Shown in pieces: positions 10,700 through 20,908 of a stretch of DNA of 64,000 nt (position 1 is the stretch's first letter; the number at the start of each line of letters is the position of its first letter). This stretch comes from an uncultured Actinomycetota bacterium. GTDB lineage: Bacteria; Actinomycetota; UBA4738; HRBIN12. A program made the translations under genes and the position numbers. The notes beneath the pieces are model-generated. The model was not told the origin of the DNA. It searched no databases and was given only the letters and a program-made list of their open reading frames with translations. Location: contig CAVZUH010000004.1 of NCBI GenBank assembly GCA_963778505.1, positions 1,165,607 to 1,229,606 of the forward strand. Reading direction: 5' to 3'.

Positions 10700-12310
10700 G
10701 TGCCTCGCATCGCGCTCGGCCAGCTGAACCTCACCGTCGGCGACCTCGCCGGCAACGTCGAGAAGATGGCGGCGGCGGCGGCCGGAGGCGGCGGAGGCCG
10801 GCGCCGAGCTCGTGTGCTTCCCGGAGCTCTCGATCACGGGCTACCCGCCCGGAGGATCTCGTGCTCCGCCCGGAGTTCGTGCGCGACAACCTCGCGGCGC
10901 TGGACGAGCTCGCGGCGAAGACGGCCGACGCGTGCCCGGTGATCGCCGGGTTCGTGGACCGGACCGAGCGCGGGCTCCACAACGCGTCCGCGTACCTCGC
11001 CGGAGGCGAGGTCCGCGTCCGCTACCACAAGATCGTGCTGCCGAACTACGGGGTCTTCGACGAGAAGCGGTACTTCGTGCCCGGCGACCGGACGCGAGCA
11101 GGTCTCCGTCGGCGGCATCTCCGTGGGCCTGTCGGTGTGCGAGGACGCCTGGCATCCGGGGCGACCGTTCTCCGACTACCGAGGCGTCCCGCTGGTGACC
11201 AACATCAACGGGTCGCCGTACCACCGGCGGAAGCTCGAGGAGCGACTCGGCGTGCTGCGGGATCGCGCGCGTGAGTTCGGAGGCTGGATCGCGTACGTGA
11301 ACGCCGTCGGCGGCCAGGACGAGATCGTCTTCGACGGAGGCTCGCTGGTGATGGGTCCCGACGGTGAGGTCGCGTGCCGGGCGGCGATGTTCGACGAGGA
11401 TCTGCTGATCGTCGACGTCGACGACGGGTCGGCGCGCGCCGAGCACGACGCGGTGTGGTCCGAGCCGCCGGAGTCGATCTACCGAGCGCTCGTCCTCGGC
11501 CTGCGGGACTACGTCCGGAAGAACGGGTTCGACGACGTCGTCCTCGGACTCTCGGGCGGGATCGATTCGGCCTTCGTCGCGGTGCTCGCTGCCGACGCGC
11601 TCGGTCCGGACAGCGTGCGTGCGCTCGCGATGCCGTCGCCGTACTCGAGCGAAGAGAGCGTGGAGGACGCCGTCGACGTCGCCTCGCGCCTCGGCATCCG
11701 GATCGAAACGGCGCCGATCGACACGGTGTTCGACGCGTACCGCTCGACGCTCCGGCCGCTCTTCGAGGGCCGGCCCGAGGACGTCACCGAGGAGAACCTG
11801 CAGGCCCGGATCCGCGGGAACCTCCTGATGGCCATCTCGAACAAGTTCGGCTCGCTCGTGCTCGCCACCGGGAACAAGAGCGAGTACGCGGTCGGCTACG
11901 CGACCCTCTACGGGGACATGGCCGGCGGGTTCGCGCCGATCAAGGACGTGCCCAAGACGCTCGTCTACGAGCTGTGCCGCTGGCGGAACGCCGACGGACC
12001 CGGCGAGCCGATCCCGGAACGGGTCCTGACGAAGCCGCCCTCGGCCGAGCTCCGGCCCGATCAGAAGGACACGGACTCGCTGCCGCCGTACGACGTCCTG
12101 GATCCGATCATCGAGGCCTACGTCGAGGAGGACCTGGGCGTGGACGAGATCGTGGAGCAGGGGCACGAGCGCGCCACCGTCGAACGGATCGTCCGGATGG
12201 TCGACCGCACGGAGTACAAGCGGCGCCAGGCGGCTCCGGGGATCAAGATCACGCCGAAGGCGTTCGGCCGGGACCGCCGGATGCCGATCACGAACCGCTA
12301 CGTGGACTGA
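10700..12310 (+). CDS. nadE: glutamine-dependent NAD+ synthetase; three +1 breaks in the N-terminal nitrilase-like domain
   Basis: N-terminal domain: RIALGQLNLTVGDL, CFPELSITGYPP, VCEDAWHP. Synthetase domain: LGLSGGIDSA (PP-loop), ATGNKSEYAVGYATLYGDMAGGFAPIKDV, PSAELRPDQKDTDSLPPY. Confidence 0.9.
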
Positions 12311-12322
12311 ACGGTCCCCCGG

Positions 12323-12856
12323 CTACGCGATCCAGACGGGCCCGGTGGTGCCGACGACCTCCCAGCCGTCGGTCTTCTCTTCGAGCAGGTACGTCGTTCC
12401 GCCGCCGCAGAGTCCACCGCATCCGTAGCTTCCTCCGACCTCGACGCCGGCATCACGCTCGGTGATCGTGCCGAGGCGAAGGACGAGTGTCTCGGGAGGG
12501 CCCGTCATCCACGCTTCGTCGTAGAGCGGCGTCGGATCCTCGACGAATGAGATCCTCGGACCGAGGTCGCCGAGACGCTGCGCGAGCTCGTCCTGCTCGG
12601 CGGCGTCGAGCGAGTCGTCGCACCCCTCCGGCCCCTCGGCCCCTCCGGCGTTCGCGCAGAGCTCCGAGACGATCACGATCTTCTTCCACTCGACCTTCTC
12701 GGCGCCGACCAACTCCCTGGCAAGGCTCTCGTAGATCCCCATGCGGGTCTGGTCGAGCTGCGGTTCGGCAGGGCCTGAGGCGGGACCGGGAGCCGGGTCG
12801 TCCGCACAACCGGCGAGGGCGAGCGCGAAGATCGTGAGGATCGCGTAGCGTCGCAT
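12323..12856 (-). CDS. lipoprotein, function unknown
   Basis: Intact 177-aa ORF with the lipobox MRRYAILTIFALALAGC. Confidence 0.7.
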   Translation of the reverse strand: MRRYAILTIFALALAGCADDPAPGPASGPAEPQLDQTRMGIYESLARELVGAEKVEWKKIVIVSELCANAGGAEGPEGCDDSLDAAEQDELAQRLGDLGPRISFVEDPTPLYDEAWMTGPPETLVLRLGTITERDAGVEVGGSYGCGGLCGGGTTYLLEEKTDGWEVVGTTGPVWIA

Positions 12857-12926
12857 GAGCAGCCTCCTCGAAGGCGTATCCCTCTGGGACGTTCCGGCGG
12901 GGACGGAGGTTCCTACAATCTCGGGA

Positions 12927-13002
12927 GGGGCGGTAGCTCAGTCTGGTCTAGAGCAGGGGGCTTTTAACCCTCGTGTCGCGGGTTCGAATCCTGCCCGCCC
13001 CA
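12927..13002 (+). tRNA. tRNA-Lys (anticodon UUU)
   Basis: Manual cloverleaf: acceptor GGGGCGG/CCGCCCC, anticodon loop CUUUUAA, T-loop TTCGAAT, 76 nt. Confidence 0.9.
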
Positions 13003-13033
13003 CCGCGTCGGTGGACGACCGTAGGGTCGCACG

Positions 13034-13367
13034 ATGAAGGTCGTCGAGATGGACGGGCCCGGCGGCGGGTGGCGCGTGCTGATCCCGGAGACCCGGAGGG
13101 AACGGATGCGCGGGCTGCGGGGCCATCCGCCGCCGGGCCCCCGAGAAGGCGATGCTCTTCCGCCGCTGCCGGAGCGTGCAGACCTTCGGGATGAAGGAAG
13201 CGATCTCCTTGGTCTTCCTGGACCGAGGGATGCGAGTGATCGCGGTGCGCCGTTGCCGGCCCGGCCGGCTGGTCGCCGGTCGGCGTCGCGCCCGTCACGT
13301 CCTCGAGTGCGATGTCCGATCGGAGGTCTCGGTCGGCGACCGCTTCAGATCCCCAGCAGAGCGCTGA
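13034..13367 (+). CDS. DUF192-family protein; one +1 break at about 13140
   Basis: RERMRGLRG then, in the next frame, MLFRRCRSVQTFGMKEAISLVFLDRGMRVIAV...HVLE. The span is 334 nt, 1 mod 3. Confidence 0.6.
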
Positions 13368-13518
13368 CCGCGAGCGTCCCGACGGCCGCGACGGCCACCA
13401 GGAACAGGGGCACCGCCCAGGACGCCCAGCTCGGCAGTGCGATCGGCTCGCGCCGCGAGCGATCGGGCTCGACGAGGCCGAGCCATTCCAGCACCACCCG
13501 GAGCTCACGATGCCGCAT
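13345..13518 (-). CDS. possible 57-aa membrane protein (weak call)
   Basis: ATG ORF MRHRELRVVLEWLGLVEPDRSRREPIALPSWASWAVPLFLVAVAAVGTLAVSALLGI with one C-terminal TM helix. It converges on and overlaps the DUF192 3' end by 23 nt. Confidence 0.25.
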   Translation of the reverse strand: MRHRELRVVLEWLGLVEPDRSRREPIALPSWASWAVPLFLVAVAAVGTLAVSALLGI

Positions 13519-13596
13519 ACGACCCGGTTTCGGACGGAAACGGACCCTCCTTGAGCGGGTTGCCGTTTCCCGGCGTCCGCTGACACTCTGCCGGAC

Positions 13597-14110
13597 ATGA
13601 GGGTCCGTCGATACGTTCGCGCTCCTGCTCGTGGTCGCCGCGGGCTGCGGCGGGAACGGCGGCGGCGGTCCCGCGCCCGGCGACTACTTCGCGCAGCTTC
13701 AGCGGGTGAGCGAGACCGCACACATCCAGGAGCGCGGGCTCGGTCGTGACCTCCGGGTCCGGCTCAAGCAGGCGGCGTGGGCGGACCGCATGGAGGTCGT
13801 GACGGTGTTCCTCGACCAGAGCGCCCGGCTCTACCAAGACGTCGTGGACGCGCTCCGGCAGCTGGATCCGCCGCCGGAACTGGCCGCCTCGCAGCAGGCC
13901 TACCTCGAGGCATGGCAGGGCCAGCTCCAGCTCGTCATCGCCGTCCGCGATGCCGGATTCCCGAGCTCCGCACGGACCTTGAAGGAGCTCGAGCGACCCG
14001 CCTTCCGCGATGCGGGGATCGAGACCAAGGGCCGGTGCGAAGACCTGCAGGCGGCCGTGGAGGCGAACGGCACTCGCGTCGACCTGGTCTGCGACGGTCG
14101 ACCGACCTGA
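13597..14110 (+). CDS. lipoprotein, function unknown; one +1 break just after the start
   Basis: ATG at 13597 (MRVRRY), then the next frame gives FALLLVVAAGCGGNGG (lipobox) followed by a 150-aa helical protein. The span is 514 nt, 1 mod 3. Confidence 0.55.
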
Positions 14111-14190
14111 CCGTGGCACGCCGCCGAGCCGCGGAAGGGGCGTGGCTATACTCTCTGAGCTGTCCCCGGTGGGAAGATGGCGAGGGGCAG

Positions 14191-14263
14191 GCCCCCATCG
14201 TCTAGAGGCCTAGGACATCGCCCTTTCAAGGCGGAAGCACGGGTTCGAATCCCGTTGGGGGCA
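14191..14263 (+). tRNA. tRNA-Glu (anticodon UUC)
   Basis: Acceptor GCCCCCA/TGGGGGC, anticodon loop CUUUCAA, T-loop TTCGAAT, 73 nt. Confidence 0.9.
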
Positions 14264-14280
14264 CGGCACCAACCGCATAT

Positions 14281-14356
14281 GCGCCCGTAGAGGAGTCCGG
14301 TCGTCCTCACCTCCCTGTCAAGGAGGAGATCGCGGGATCGAAGCCCGTCGGGCGCG
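14281..14356 (+). tRNA. tRNA-Asp (anticodon GUC), non-canonical T-loop
   Basis: Acceptor GCGCCCG/CGGGCGC, anticodon stem-loop CCTCC-CUGUCAA-GGAGG. The T-arm is GCGGG-ATCGAAG-CCCGT, so position 54 is A instead of T. Confidence 0.75.
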
Positions 14357-14359
14357 CTG

Positions 14360-14389
14360 GGTGAGCGAGTCGGAGACGGCTCGCTCACC
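14360..14389 (+). other. perfect 10-bp hairpin in the tRNA-Asp/tRNA-Phe spacer
   Basis: GGTGAGCGAG-tcggagacgg-CTCGCTCACC. Confidence 0.6.
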
Positions 14390-14394
14390 TGTTG

Positions 14395-14467
14395 GGGGAG
14401 GTAGCTCAGTTGGTAGAGCACGCGGCTGAAAACCGCGGTGTCGGCGGTCCGATTCCGCCCCTCCCCA
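14395..14467 (+). tRNA. tRNA-Phe (anticodon GAA), non-canonical T-loop
   Basis: Acceptor GGGGAGG/CCTCCCC, anticodon loop CUGAAAA. The T-arm is GGCGG-TCCGATT-CCGCC, so position 55 is C instead of T/Psi. Confidence 0.8.
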
Positions 14468-14483
14468 CTTCGATGTGAAGAGC

Positions 14484-14510
14484 GGGCGGGGCGCCTTCGG
14501 CGCCCCGCCC
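14484..14510. terminator. GC-rich hairpin between convergent tRNA-Phe and the haloperoxidase-like gene
   Basis: GGGCGGGGCGCC-TTC-GGCGCCCCGCCC, a 12-bp perfect stem with no U-tract. Confidence 0.6.
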
Positions 14511-14519
14511 ACTCCGACC

Positions 14520-15860
14520 TCAGGCAACCGGCTGGAAGTAGTGCTCCTGTCGCCAGTTCGCGACCCTCCGGCCGAGTCGTGCACCCTGCGCGTCCGCCGT
14601 CCAGAAGTGCAGTCCACCGAAGACACGCGCTCGAAGGATCTCCCGGCCCGCCTGGGAGAACCGCGTGAACGTGCGCGTGATCGGTGCGGGACCCGGCTGC
14701 GGGAACGTGCGTGTCGCGCTGAACGCCATGCGGTTCGTCCCGTAGAAGTCCTTCAGGGTCTCCACGATCGACCAGCTGCCGCAATTGTGCCCGGACGGGT
14801 GCTCTGGATAGGGCGGAACCGGGTTGAGCGACTCCCAGGTTCCGTCGGCCTCCGTCAACGGGTTGTCGTCCGTTGCCGCTTCTCGGATCGCGGTCGTCGG
14901 CCGCCAGAACCCCCATTCCGCCTTGTCCAGCTGGCAGGCGATCACGGCGTCCCCCACCGTGAGGTAGAGCATCCCGAAATATCGGGCGTTATCGGCGGTG
15001 GACAGATGGTTGGCCACCGAGAGCTGCCGGAAGATCCGGGTCCACATCCCGATCGCGTGGTCGGCCCAGAAGATGGCCATCGCGGTCTGATCTGCCGTCC
15101 GCGTAGTGCTGTCGATGGCGCCGAGCGACTTCACCCGATTGAACTCCCTCGTGTACTTCGCGCTCGCGACGGCGTTGGGACCCCGAGTGCCGAACATCGC
15201 GGCGTTCGGGACGAGGAACGGCACCACCTGGCCAGTCCAGTAGAAGTTGTTGCCGGCCAGGCCCTCCGCGAGGGGCCGCCACTGTCCCGTGTCGAAGCCA
15301 ACGTCGAAGGACGTGGCACCGTAGCGACCGTCGCCTGTCCGCGCAGTGATCATCGCCTGTGCCGTGGCGTTGCCGACCGCCACGCCGCCGTCGATCGAGC
15401 TCTGGGGGACCCCGGCGCCCAAGATCGCCGCGAGCGAAGCGTCGTAGTACCCCTGCAGTCTCGCGGCGACCGCGGGGACATCGGGTTCGAGGATCAGCGG
15501 AGGCTTGAGGATGTCCAGGAGCACTTGATAGCCGGCCGCAGCCGCCGCGGCATCCTCCGAGTCGGTGGGGTCCGCCACCGCGGGCGCCACCAGATAGGGC
15601 TCGTATCCGCCCGCGATCGCGTTCACGGCATCGTAGACCGCGCCGTGAACCATCGCGAGGTGGAGCGCCGACACGACCGGTGATTTCCACGTGGCCGGCG
15701 CGCCCAAGATCAGCTCGTCGTATGCATGCTGGTTCCACGCGAGGACCTGATCGGGGACCTCAACAGCGGACGCGGGCAGCGACGTGGGCACCGCGAGCGC
15801 TACCAGCAGGGCCGTGACACCGATCAGGGTGCCAGCTCTCCGTCTCCTCGTTCGGTTCAT
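14520..15860 (-). CDS. exported vanadium-haloperoxidase/PAP2-like protein, paralogue 1
   Basis: Intact ORF. Arg-rich signal MNRTRRRRAGTLIGVTALLVALAVPTSLPASA. Shared acid-phosphatase/haloperoxidase motifs: KAEWGFWRPTTAIR, PEHPSGH, LRARVFGGLHFWTAD. Confidence 0.8.
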   Translation of the reverse strand: MNRTRRRRAGTLIGVTALLVALAVPTSLPASAVEVPDQVLAWNQHAYDELILGAPATWKSPVVSALHLAMVHGAVYDAVNAIAGGYEPYLVAPAVADPTDSEDAAAAAAGYQVLLDILKPPLILEPDVPAVAARLQGYYDASLAAILGAGVPQSSIDGGVAVGNATAQAMITARTGDGRYGATSFDVGFDTGQWRPLAEGLAGNNFYWTGQVVPFLVPNAAMFGTRGPNAVASAKYTREFNRVKSLGAIDSTTRTADQTAMAIFWADHAIGMWTRIFRQLSVANHLSTADNARYFGMLYLTVGDAVIACQLDKAEWGFWRPTTAIREAATDDNPLTEADGTWESLNPVPPYPEHPSGHNCGSWSIVETLKDFYGTNRMAFSATRTFPQPGPAPITRTFTRFSQAGREILRARVFGGLHFWTADAQGARLGRRVANWRQEHYFQPVA

Positions 15861-15939
15861 CGTCGACTCCTCACTAGGGGATCGTGGATAGGGTTCGTGC
15901 AGATCCCGACTCCTCATCAGCTGTCCGTGACGGCATCGG

Positions 15940-17328
15940 CTAGCCGACCGGCCGCAGGACGTGGTTCACGGTCCAGGTACCGATCCTCTTGCCGTGGCGG
16001 ATCCCGGTTCCCACCGCATCCCGGAAGTGGAAGCCCACATAGATCCGGGACACCCCGTTCTCGCGCATCGCCTGAGAGAAGCGGCTGAAATGGCGCAGGG
16101 TTGGCGTCGCATCGGTGCACGTCTCGCCAGCCGGAAGTGTGAAGCTGCAGAGGGAGAAGCTCATCCTGTCGGTGTGGAAGAACCGTCGGAGGACCTGCGC
16201 CCCCGCTCCCCCTTCGGTCGCATGCCCCGAGTCGTAGTCCGGGATCGGCGGATTCTGCACAAGGGGCGTCCACGTCGGGTCGGCGATCGTCGCCGGGTTG
16301 GCGTCGATGCCCGCGAGACGGATGGCCGTGACCGGTCGCCAGAAGCGGTAGTGGTACTTCGTCTCGAACGTGCCGATGTAGCCATCCGTCAGGGCGATGT
16401 TCAGCAGGCCGAACAGTCGCGCGTTCTCCCAGAGGTCGAGCCTCTCTGCGGTCGAGACGGTCCTCGCGATCCGGTTCCACTGCAGCGGTGAGCTCTCGAC
16501 CCAGAACAGCGCGATCTCCGTCTGCTCGTCGGTGCGTGCACTCGGCGTGATGACGTCGTCGCCTCCCAGACGCTGCACCTCGTTGACGTCCGCCGCGTAC
16601 CGACGGCTTGTCAGTGGGTACGGCGGGCCCGGACGGAACTGGGAGCCGTCGCGCAACGCGAAGGGGGTGAGGTCTTCTCCCAGATGCGGGGCGAAGGCGA
16701 AGGGGGTCCCTGGCGTGTAGCGATATTCGCCGGGGGCCGTGCCCTGCACGTAGTTCGGGTCGACGGGAGGCGTGTCGTAGCCGTCGGAGGCCCGCAGGGA
16801 GAGGATCGCGTCGGCGGCGTCCTGCCCCAGGGCGATCCCCCGAGTCTTCGCCCTCCCGTCCGGGATCGCGTCGAGCGCGGCCGCGTAGTCGGCTTCGACG
16901 CTGAGGACCCCAGCGTCGATGCAGTCCGCGGGGAGGAAGAACGAGAACGAGCCGAGGACCGGGACCAGCACGTCATGCGCAGCAGCCGCCACCGCGGCCT
17001 CCGGCGACGTCCGGCGTGTCGTGTGGAGGTCGACCGCATACGGGCGCGATCGTCGATCGATGCCGTTCAGCGCGTCGTGGATGGCCACGTGCATCATCGC
17101 GTACATCCGCGCTTCCTGCGGCGCGTAGCCACCGAGGAAGCATGCGGCGACCGAGGCGTCCCCGGCGTTCGCGCTCCAGGCAACGACGGGATCGACCGTT
17201 GCGCCGGCTGAGAACACCTCGGAACGTCGAGTGGCCGACGCAGTCAGGACGTTTGGGAGGGCGAGGGCTGCGAGCAATGCGGTCGCACCGACCACCGCCG
17301 CCACCCTTCGTCTCCATCTGCTGTTCAT
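15940..17328 (-). CDS. exported vanadium-haloperoxidase/PAP2-like protein, paralogue 2
   Basis: Intact 462-aa ORF. Signal MNSRWRRRVAAVVGATALLAALALPNVLTASA. Motifs KYHYRFWRPVTAIR, PDYDSGH, SRIYVGFHFRDAV. AGAAGGAG lies upstream of the ATG. Confidence 0.8.
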   Translation of the reverse strand: MNSRWRRRVAAVVGATALLAALALPNVLTASATRRSEVFSAGATVDPVVAWSANAGDASVAACFLGGYAPQEARMYAMMHVAIHDALNGIDRRSRPYAVDLHTTRRTSPEAAVAAAAHDVLVPVLGSFSFFLPADCIDAGVLSVEADYAAALDAIPDGRAKTRGIALGQDAADAILSLRASDGYDTPPVDPNYVQGTAPGEYRYTPGTPFAFAPHLGEDLTPFALRDGSQFRPGPPYPLTSRRYAADVNEVQRLGGDDVITPSARTDEQTEIALFWVESSPLQWNRIARTVSTAERLDLWENARLFGLLNIALTDGYIGTFETKYHYRFWRPVTAIRLAGIDANPATIADPTWTPLVQNPPIPDYDSGHATEGGAGAQVLRRFFHTDRMSFSLCSFTLPAGETCTDATPTLRHFSRFSQAMRENGVSRIYVGFHFRDAVGTGIRHGKRIGTWTVNHVLRPVG

Positions 17329-17343
17329 ATCCGGACTCCTTCT

Positions 17344-17376
17344 GTGGGGTGGATCAGACGGTGGGGTGGATCAGAC
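17344..17376. repeat. tandem direct repeat, 2 x 16 nt identical with a 17-bp period, 16 nt upstream of the paralogue 2 start codon
   Basis: GTGGGGTGGATCAGAC occurs at 17344-17359 and again at 17361-17376. Read on the gene strand it is GTCTGATCCACCCCAC twice, followed by AGAAGGAG and ATG. Confidence 0.9.
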
Positions 17377-17681
17377 CTCGTTTCCCAGAGCGGGTGGGCA
17401 CACCTCCTTCCTGCACGTCGCTCTCTGCCGTAGGCCGCACGTCGTACCCGCGGCGGTTCGTTCTATTGCATGGATCCGCAACGACCCGAGGATGCGTGGG
17501 AGATCGGCGAGCGTGCCGCACCCCTCTGCGCATGACGGTCTTGCGGTTTCACATGGATGAACCCTCGGCGGACGAGGATCGCTGCTGTCGATCGATGAAT
17601 CGCGCGGAATGATCACGGCTGCGGTTCTCCAAAACGACCCTGCGACCTCGATGTTGGAAGGAAAGGCGGCTCAGCCAGGCG

Positions 17682-18371
17682 TTACGAGGGCCGAACAGTC
17701 GCGCAACTGAACAGCGCGCCCTCGGGCGTTTCCGGTGCGACCGGCCACCTCGTGGGCACCTCGACCTCGTCCCCGATCCTCACGACGCCCCTGCCCGACG
17801 GAGGAAGGATCGCGAGCCAGACTCGGAGAAGCCGTCCCTGCCGGTCTCGGATCGGCATCCAGCGAGCGTCGAATTCGGTGCCCCCGTCGAGTCGAACCCA
17901 GACGCGGTCGACGGCGGGGAGCGTGGCGGCGGCGAGATAGGCAGCGCCGTGCTCCAGACACCCGATCTGCCAGATGTCCACCGGCTCGATCAGGATCGGG
18001 ATGGCCATCGGTCCCTCGATGACGAGGTAGGGACCGGGGTCCGTTCGAGGATCGGCATGCTGGTCGGTAAGCGTCCAGGAATAGCCCCGACCGTGGCCGG
18101 TCGCGATGGACGAGAGGCCGTTGTCGCGATAGTCGAGCGCCCCTGGCGGACGCGGCTCGGGAAGGATCGTCCGGTCCCCCGTCTCCTGAGTCGCGAGCGC
18201 ACGAAGGAGTCCGGCGATCGCGAGGACGGACACGATCACCGCTACGACCCCCGAGGCGATCCGCTGGTTCCGAATTTTTCGGTTCCGTCGCCGGAGCAGC
18301 CGGTCGAACGCCTCCTCGGGGAAGTCGAACCGCTCACCCACCCCTTCCAGAAGAGCCCGCTCGTCGCTCAT
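17682..18371 (-). CDS. single-pass membrane protein, putative anti-sigma factor
   Basis: Intact 229-aa ORF whose start overlaps the stop of the upstream ECF sigma gene by 4 nt. It has a short cytoplasmic N-terminus, one TM helix (IASGVVAVIVSVLAIAGLL) and a 150-aa extracytoplasmic domain. Confidence 0.55.
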   Translation of the reverse strand: MSDERALLEGVGERFDFPEEAFDRLLRRRNRKIRNQRIASGVVAVIVSVLAIAGLLRALATQETGDRTILPEPRPPGALDYRDNGLSSIATGHGRGYSWTLTDQHADPRTDPGPYLVIEGPMAIPILIEPVDIWQIGCLEHGAAYLAAATLPAVDRVWVRLDGGTEFDARWMPIRDRQGRLLRVWLAILPPSGRGVVRIGDEVEVPTRWPVAPETPEGALFSCATVRPS

Positions 18372-18916
18372 GCTCGGTCGTCCGCCTGTGCTCGAAGAGC
18401 TTCCCGAGCTCGGGACGCGAGCCCGCGAACAGTTCCCGGCTTGACCCCGAGGGCCCGACCGGCCTCCTCGCTCGAGTAGTCGAGAACGTCGAGGAGCACG
18501 AGCGCCGCCCGCTGCCGAGGGGTGAGATCGGCCAGTGCTGCCACGAGATCCTGCTGCTCCTCGATCTCGGAGAAGGGCTCCGGAGCAGGCGTCATCGTGA
18601 AGACCTTCCGGGCGAACAGGACGGCCCGCCGGTGCCGCTTGCGCAACACGTTCATCGCCGTCCGATAGAGGTATCCCGTCGGGTCCTCCATCGAGCCGAC
18701 GCGATCCCAGCGCTCCCAGACAGCCATGAACGCGTCCTGCATGATCTCCTCGGCCTCCGACGAGTTCCCCGTCACGGTGCAGAGACGGCGGAAGAGGGTT
18801 CGCGATTCATCGTGGAAGAAGACATCGAAGCTCAGCGACTCGGGCACTGCTCGCGTTTCCCCCTGGCGTGTTTCCCCCTGGAAGGATTCAGCCACGAGTC
18901 GGAGCGGGTCGTCCAT
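18368..18916 (-). CDS. ECF-type RNA polymerase sigma factor
   Basis: Region 2 (AEEIMQDAFMAVWERWDRV, YLYRTAMNVLRKRHRR) and region 4 HTH (LTPRQRAALVLLDVLDYSSEEAGRALGVKPGTVRGLASRAREAL). Confidence 0.85.
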   Translation of the reverse strand: MDDPLRLVAESFQGETRQGETRAVPESLSFDVFFHDESRTLFRRLCTVTGNSSEAEEIMQDAFMAVWERWDRVGSMEDPTGYLYRTAMNVLRKRHRRAVLFARKVFTMTPAPEPFSEIEEQQDLVAALADLTPRQRAALVLLDVLDYSSEEAGRALGVKPGTVRGLASRAREALRAQADDRA

Positions 18917-18963
18917 CCCGCAGATGAACCCCCGGTGGACGATCAGCGTTGCCGGCGTTGTGC

Positions 18964-19767
18964 TCAGTTCAGGAGCTCGTGGCCGCGGATCTCGGCCCAG
19001 TGGGAGAGGACTCCCTGGTAGATCTCGGCGGAGCGGGGGAACTCGTGCCGCTCCAGTGCCTCGAGGGCGAGGCCGAGCTCTCTAACACTTCGATCGTCGT
19101 CGAGCTCGTCCCAGGTGAGGAAGTCGCACAGGCTCCCATAGTCGAGCTCGACGAGCGATCTCGGATCGAACAGGGCGATCCACTCGTGCAGGTCCATCAA
19201 CAGGTCGCTGATCGGACCGAGGTCGGATCGGCGGAGAACGGGGATCGCCTGGCCAGCACGACGGAGCGCACGGCGTGCCGTCGTGCGGTACCGGAGGCGG
19301 AGGCGGCCGTGCTCGTCCTCTCCGAGCCAGCGCTCCCCCTCCGCGAAGAGCACGAACCACCTGATGGGCACGTGCCAGGGGCTCTGGTGGCAGAAGGCCA
19401 CGGCGAGCGGGTCGCGCCTGCGAAGGCGGTTGAGCTCACGGGCGACACGCCTACCGTCCTTCTTCGACAGGAACCGGTCCGAGAGCTCGATCGGTCGTGC
19501 TTCACGGAACGCGAGGGCGGCCGCGAGCACGCGCATCCGCATCCGCCACGGGCTCAGATACGTCCGGCCGTCGACGACGCGAACCTCGGCATGCTCGCCG
19601 TCGGCGGGCGCGATGATCCCCAACCCGTCCTTCGAGCGTTCGTGGTATCGGAGCCGGCTGCCCGGCACCCACATCTTCGTCAGGAGATACCGCTCCAGGC
19701 GAAGCTGCTCCTCCCGCTCGAACGCGTCGAGGGGTTGGAAGACCCTGAGGTAGGCGCTCGGAACCAC
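18964..19767 (-). CDS. conserved hypothetical protein
   Basis: Intact 267-aa ORF (MVPSAYLRVFQPLDAFEREE...). I recognise no motif. It is divergent from the dehydrogenase operon. Confidence 0.6.
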   Translation of the reverse strand: MVPSAYLRVFQPLDAFEREEQLRLERYLLTKMWVPGSRLRYHERSKDGLGIIAPADGEHAEVRVVDGRTYLSPWRMRMRVLAAALAFREARPIELSDRFLSKKDGRRVARELNRLRRRDPLAVAFCHQSPWHVPIRWFVLFAEGERWLGEDEHGRLRLRYRTTARRALRRAGQAIPVLRRSDLGPISDLLMDLHEWIALFDPRSLVELDYGSLCDFLTWDELDDDRSVRELGLALEALERHEFPRSAEIYQGVLSHWAEIRGHELLN

Positions 19768-19846
19768 GTTGCGAAAGTCTAGCGCGAGGGTGCTTCCTCA
19801 TCCTCTTGGCTCCTATGCTCTCGGCGTTCCCGACCCCGGAGCTGGA

Positions 19847-20900
<1,054 letters not shown>

Positions 20901-20908
<8 letters not shown>

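Noticed and set aside
12927-14467. The tRNA-Lys and Glu-Asp-Phe genes considered as integration sites for a genomic island.
   Set aside because: There is no integrase, no direct repeat of a tRNA 3' end and no phage-like genes in the flanks. The genes between the tRNAs are small conserved-looking lipoprotein, DUF192 and membrane ORFs.
14146-14916. Long ORFs antisense to or overlapping confirmed genes. Examples: 14146-14916 over the tRNA cluster, 2554-3519 inside glnA, 10841-12166 inside nadE, 19502-21277 across the E1 genes, 44052-46142 inside clpB, and 49934-51346 inside dnaK.
   Set aside because: They are Arg/Pro/Gly-rich with no recognisable motifs, and they lie opposite genes with strong homology signatures. 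These are typical stop-codon-poor shadow frames of high-GC DNA.
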